DNA of 53,861 bases, counting the filler, from Sphacelaria rigidula (lineage: Eukaryota), in NCBI GenBank assembly GCA_964200075.2. It is 3 parts of 3 records of this genome, joined end to end, with 100 filler letters (N's around TTAATTAATTAA, not from the genome) between each part and the next. Parts side by side here need not be neighbours in the genome. Positions count along the whole stretch, not along the records: positions 35,977 to 53,861 come from CAXNAA020000972.1; 2 more parts are not named here. One strand, written 5' to 3'. The notes beneath the pieces are model-generated. The model searched no databases, had not been told where the DNA came from, and saw only the letters and a list, made by a program, of their open reading frames with translations. A program made the position numbers and the translations under genes. Of the stretch, positions 48,616-53,861 are shown one piece after another. The number at the start of each line of letters is the position of its first letter. Position 1 is the stretch's first letter.

Positions 48616-49619
48616 TCAGCAGATGACCCACTCGCTCAGTCCAAGCGTAAAGGGTCTGCTTCAGTAGGCGGGGAAATGTGGTTGCTGAGCGGGAACATAT
48701 TTTGGTATGAAACCGTCAAATTGACACGTAATTCAGGAGGGGGGGCGGACAAGGCCAAAACATACACACACTGTAAAAACAGTTTACAGCGGACACGACT
48801 CAGCACCCCCGTGCTACTGCTGTAGGACGAGATTGAGCAACAAATTACTGCGGTACGGGATGTATTACGAGGTTTTGTACAAAGATGGAGTCCAGGACTC
48901 TGTGCTCTTTCGGTTGATTTGTAACCAGAAATATAGTGAGATGCCAACAGACGGACTCCGGCTGCGACCTGGAGATAATATGCACTCTGAAACAGTATTA
49001 ATGGGGGAGGGTGTACTTATGATCATGCGTGCCATTTAGTGGGGAGGGGGGGGTCGAACGGTCCGGTCCGCCCACCTTTGACATAAAATCAAAACACCAC
49101 TCGAGCACAACCGCACTCGCCGCCTGCAGCATATGTACAAGTCCCAGCGAAGATACTATAGACCAATTCTCCAAGCACGGCACGTTAGACCAAACGGAAG
49201 TCCCCAATCTCAACATGGCCGCACGCACTCCCCCAGTTTTTTTCGGGCTACGTTTTGTGAGGTGTGAGCGCTCACGTCAAAACTAGCTCGTTGGGCTGAT
49301 TTTTGGGCTATTCATGCTGCGTGTGAAGCGGCTCTGTTGTATCGCATAGTTGAAGTAGGTCAATACCGCTTTCTCCTGGTTCCATGTTCACCTCAACTCT
49401 TGTCGCGTCGAGCGCGCACTGTGTGCACTAAATGGTTATATTCTCGTCTATCTATCCTCCCCCCGCATGACGAGGCTGAGGAACGTGTGCTTCACGTGAC
49501 ATATATCTCAACACCCCAAGGATTTACGGCGTAAAGAGCATATGTACTCTTCTAGAACCCCTGGTGTAGGCAATCTTCGGAATATATCCGCTTCGATGCC
49601 TCCTGGGCCAGCCAGAAAA

Positions 49620-49877
49620 AAAGCATTCCTTAGACCAAAATAGCTTCTTCAGTTTCCTGAATCAGCCGATGTCAGCATATCGCTGTGAACTGCAGACTAC
49701 CCCGCTGATGCACGCTCTGTCGCCAACAAAAACAAAAATGAATCAATATACTGCATAATATGTGACCTCAACGACGTAACCAGGTTCTTCAAGAAGGAGA
49801 ATCTTTCGGGATTCGAACTCATTACCTTCCACCTTTTTGGAAGTCTCTTGTACCAGATAGACAACGGAGTGCAGCGG
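49620..49877 (-). mobile_element. tRNA-derived SINE, family 3, second copy
   Basis: Minus strand CCGCTGCACTCC...ATGAGTTCGAATCCCGAAAGATTCT...CGTCGTTGAGGTCACATATTATGCAGTA. Confidence 0.7.
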
Positions 49878-50379
49878 TGTCACACAAGTAGAATGCGGTG
49901 CCCCATTTCAGGATTTTTGAGCCCAAAGTTCACGAGAACCTCCTACACGTAGGTTAAAAATTCTTCACGGAAATTCCTGGAGTTTTTCTTCTCCCTTTTT
50001 CATCGAGTTCTGACAATACATCTTCTTTTTTCAGTGATTGAAAATCGCTACTTCTGCCTGACTTTTCATCCTTTTTTAGGTGGGGGAAGGGAGAGACTTC
50101 CGCCTCTTCTCGCCTATCGATAGAGAGATCTCGTGTCCAAATCTCATCTCATAACTCCTGAAATTAAGCAGGGCAGAACTGTTCAGCCGACCATAGGATT
50201 TCTTTCCCAGCCCAACCAACTCGTGGTACGGATCTCTCCCAAAATGTCAGGAAAATTCACAATATTTTTTATGTATGTTCCCGCCGTGGGCGTTGTTTTC
50301 TCAGTCGCTCAAAATCAGTTTTTTTTAACGGAGGGTGGTTGGAATTGTAGACGAGATAGGGGAGAGTATCTCAAGGCTG

Positions 50380-50742
50380 TTGACCACCATGATGCGGGAC
50401 CTCCAGCGAGGGTGTGGCAACGTCTATTTTTCAGTAGGTTCAGTCAGGGTTTGGCGGTATCTGGAGGCAACGGCTTGGAGGTAGAGCACGCCGGGACGGA
50501 CTGTAGCCGGAGAAAAAAGAAGCTTGGAAAAATTACGTGGTAATCGACCAAGAGGTGTACGGTACATGGCGCTTGAAAAGCGGACAGAAGGGTACGGAAG
50601 TGGGGAGGAGGGGTGGCTTATCCTTTGACTAGCCAGGGTGGATCACCTGCTTTTGGGTCGGTATCATTTCCGCTTGAAAAATGATGGCAAGGCCAGATTA
50701 CTCACCTTGATAAGGGTCGAAGGGAGTGAGTGCGACAAACCG
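50380..50742 (+). mobile_element. old decayed RTE-like LINE 3' end
   Basis: Faint RTE C-terminal words (TVA..KK..W...WR) and terminal GAGTGCGACAAAC resembling the family tail. Confidence 0.35.
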
Positions 50743-52349
50743 GCAAAAACTCCAACGCGGTAAAGAGAAACGTTTCTCGATCCCACTTCTTTTTTCAACC
50801 AGTGACGGGCACAAATCTCCCGGACTTATCGTAGATCGAGGGAGTACAATTTGTGGATTTCTGGTGTGATACAGTATGCAATGGATTGCACAGATGATAT
50901 GATACGGTGTGTGGGAGATCGAAATGCCCCCCCCCCCCAGATGATGGTGTGCATACCACACTCTGAATAATGACAAAAGGTTACATTGCAATTAAGTGTA
51001 CTGCGTACAGTATCAACAATTGCGTTTATTGCAATAGACAATATATTCCGTACTGTACACAGTTTACCCTTCGACGATGTAATCTACTGTCCAGGTTGTA
51101 GTGAATACTTCAACCCCCCCATCCCACCCTCACCCTTCGATATGTCACGTGCTCGACCAACTCGCAGATCCTGCAAGTTTTTCAGTCAAGTAGCATAGCT
51201 GGACGACTGTAGAGCAGCGCTTCCGTCCACCCCATTATTTTCCCTGACGTGTACCCCATTCTGCAAAATCATTCTGAATATATAGCACTCATACTCCAAT
51301 CGCCATTCATGTATCGTCGTACTCCAACAAGCTAGGATGTCCTGTATAAACTGTACGTATGGCAACACACCCTAGACTGCTTTCCCCTTCCTCCCTCTTC
51401 GAAGTAGACTGTTTGCGTTATTGTTACAATAGTCGGTCATTTTCCAGAGGCCGGATTTCGGTCCCTGAGTAAATCGCAATGTTGATCCAAAACTGTTTGA
51501 GTTCAAGTTTTCATCTTTGGCATCGACGTCAATATTAGAGGTATGTGCGAACAGCGAGCGCGATCAACCAGGATTATGGGCGTTCTGGTAATAGCTTCCT
51601 TCTCGGTGGTTTGCCACGGAACTTGTGGGTTGCCACGGGATTTGTGATACGTCCCGTGGGTAGGAACTGAATGAGGGCTACGAGACTGTAAAACTGAGTT
51701 GTGTAGGGGACTGACGGGTGTGGGTCGGCGGGCTATGTTTACCCAGGAAAAGTATGACAGATCACCCGTAGAGGGGTGCGCCATGACGACATCCAAGACG
51801 AACATTTCTGGGCTTGTAAGTAGGCGTGTCGAACTGGAGAGATTGCGATCACATTTTTGGGCTGATTTTTTTCTGCATCAGTATCGTGTAATTCACGTGC
51901 AATCATCAATCAAACAACTCCTTCCTTACTCCCCCCTCCCCGTTTTTTCACGAATCGCGTGCATCGGCGTTCGACTGCTCTTACCCGTTACATCTGACCC
52001 GCCACATGCCTTGCATCCAACCCTAAAGGTGCCGCGGTCAGTCGGCGGGGAGTTGGCGCTACGCGCGGACGGGATCTCCGCGAAATAGCGCGGCCTTCGT
52101 TCCTCCGCTCATGTGCGTATGCGGCGAAGTGCTATGATATACCCGTGGAAACCCATGAAAAATCTTGCCTCCCCCCCCCCCCCCCTTTTGTGTGTCATTT
52201 GTTTTCCGGGCGTTGATGTATTGAATGAGCATGAAAAGATTCCGCAAAGAAACGAACGCCTGGTTCATACGATACTGTGTTGCTAGTTGAGGTCCGAGCG
52301 TGGTCCTATCGATCGTGTGTTTTCGTATTGAATGTGTATACGCAGTGCT

Positions 52350-52602
52350 TGGTTGATTGAGTTAGTGGTTGTCGCACTTTAAGTGACCCCCCAGGGGTCA
52401 TGATCTAGCCATGGTCACATGATAGACGTACCCGAGACGAAACAAGACTGAAACACTCGCTGAAGAAAAGAGGGGAAAAAAATTAGAAGAATATAAAAAC
52501 AGAATAACATAGTAGATTAAGACGTAAAAAAAAACAGAAGAAATAATGAAAGAAAAAAAGAGAAAAGAAGAGAGAGAAATGGCCGGTCCGTGCCACACGG
52601 CT
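52350..52602 (-). mobile_element. RTE LINE 3'-end fragment (same subfamily as 6782-7675)
   Basis: TTGTCGCACTTTAAGTGACCCCCCAGGGGTC...ACATGATAGACGTACCCGAGAC...GAGAGAAATGGCCGGT..GTGCCACACGGCT. Confidence 0.8.
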
Positions 52603-52681
52603 TTAGCAAAATCATTACGTTGCATCGGCACAATATATGTGTGTACAATATGTGCGTGTAATATGCATGTATGTATGGTTG

Positions 52682-52725
52682 TCATCATCATCATCATCAT
52701 CATCATCATCGTCATCATCATCATC
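52682..52725. repeat. (CAT)n microsatellite
   Basis: Direct read; explains the poly-Met/poly-Ile ORFs. Confidence 0.95.
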
Positions 52726-52943
52726 GTGAGACAAGAGTCATGCACCCACACGCAAGTGGGTCGTACACACCGCCTCTCGAAGAGCTGTCGTCGACGACGC
52801 CACCTCTTTGCGGAGACGCTTGGTTTGAGTGAGCTTGTGTTTTAATTTTGTACAGAAATGGCCCGCTCCTTGGATGGAAACAGTGAATTGCACCAAATCA
52901 ATGCTTGAGCTTTCGATCACGGAAATCGTCAAGTATGCTTGTA

Positions 52944-53292
52944 GCCGCAGCGCCCCGCTGGTCTAAGGATACAACTGACACCATTAGAGGGTGAAAAGAA
53001 CTGGGATTCGATTCTCGCTAGATACCAATAATCTTCTCTTCCTTTTTTTTTCGAAGTATCTGATTTCCGTCATTGAAGGCGTGAGGGCGTGAGTACCAGA
53101 AAATAAAAAAGGGTTTTGTTAGACTTGAGTTGATTTGACGAGAGTCGGTGCGATGCGGGAGTGTTACTCACAATCATGATGCAAATCAGCGACACCAGAA
53201 TGTGAGACGTGTACTGGGAGAGATATGGATTGATCCCTCGAGACCACGGATTCGTACCGAGAAAGGGTCGGGGTTGAAAATGTGACGAAAAA
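52944..53292 (+). mobile_element. tRNA-derived SINE, family 1, diverged full copy
   Basis: CCGCAGCGCCCCGCTGGTCTAAG...CCATTAGAGGGTG...GGGATTCGATTCTCG...GCGTGAG..CGTGAGTA...CGACACCA...GAGACCACGGA...GGGGTTGAAAATGTGAC. Confidence 0.78.
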
Positions 53293-53381
53293 AATATGGA
53301 GAAAAAAAATGCCTCGTTGCGTTCAGTAGGAGTAAGCGCGCTGCGGCCTTGAATCAAGCTCTACTTTCAGGGGTGTTTTAC

Positions 53382-53382
<1 letters not shown>

Positions 53383-53433
<51 letters not shown>
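53383..53433. repeat. (TG)n microsatellite
   Basis: Direct read. Confidence 0.97.
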
Positions 53434-53435
<2 letters not shown>

Positions 53436-53740
53436 CTCTTTCTGTTTGCGTATTAAAATCCAGGCTTTCTATGGTGTTGAGCATGCCTGGCTTCCCCTCA
53501 TTCCTTCTGTGTGTGTCCCCCCCCTTTTTTATCTCAAATCCTCTCGGATGAACTATACTCTTTTTTCAGCCTCACCACCGATGACACACCCGCTCTTTAT
53601 GCTGATTTGCCGCTGAATGTCCGCGTCGACCAGCAAAAAAGGCATACTCCCGAAAGCCACGAGTTTTACCTAGCACGCACTACTAGTACTTCATAGTCGA
53701 CGCCGCACCCTGGTGGTTAGAAGAAGAAAAAATGTATGTG

Positions 53741-53861
53741 GCCGCCCCGGTGGTGTGATGGTCCGACTGCCGCCATTAGGGTGTAGAGAACGGGGGTTCG
53801 GTTCCCGGTGCATTTGGTTTTTTCTTCGTAATGTATGATTTCCACCGTGGAAAGCGTGAGA
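53741..53861 (+). mobile_element. tRNA-derived SINE, family 1, cut by the contig end
   Basis: GCCGCCCCGGTGGTGTGATGGTCCGACTGCCGCCATTAGGGTGTAGAGAACGGGGGTTCGGTTCCCGG...CGTGGAAAGCGTGAGA, close to the 1214-1533 copy. Confidence 0.8.

Noticed and set aside
52398..52845. Poly-Met and poly-Ile ORFs
   Set aside because: Produced by the (CAT)n microsatellite and a LINE 3' UTR.

Overview
Eukaryotic, repeat-rich nuclear DNA, most likely from a brown alga (Phaeophyceae). That inference rests on an Ectocarpus-style ROCO gene, HCF101, a bipartite plastid-targeting presequence and GT-AG introns. The window is not contiguous. It is three contigs of almost equal, decreasing length (1-17890, 17991-35876, 35977-53861) joined by artificial N44-TTAATTAATTAA-N44 spacers, so gene adjacency across the spacers means nothing. 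Contig 1 holds the last four exons (all phase 0) of a Roc-COR (ROCO) GTPase gene. That gene has a 96-nt in-frame duplication in COR and a TORNADO1/cyanobacterial-type C-terminal region. Contig 2 holds the terminal exon of the plastid Fe-S scaffold HCF101, with a ~58-aa insertion, followed by >14 kb of nested transposons. Contig 3 holds the first three exons of a minus-strand gene the ORF track does not assemble: a probably plastid-targeted small CxxC...C zinc-finger-like protein. Most of the remaining sequence is mobile DNA: RTE-type LINE 3' ends, three tRNA-headed SINE families (one sharing the LINE's 3' tail), hAT-like and Tc1/mariner-like non-autonomous elements with TIRs/TSDs, foldback MITEs, decayed Gypsy/Copia relics and a ~188-bp tandem array. 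I see no prokaryote-style operon or CRISPR, and no clearly new multi-gene system. The best leads are the ROCO C-terminus and duplication, the hidden zinc-finger gene and the SINE/LINE pair.
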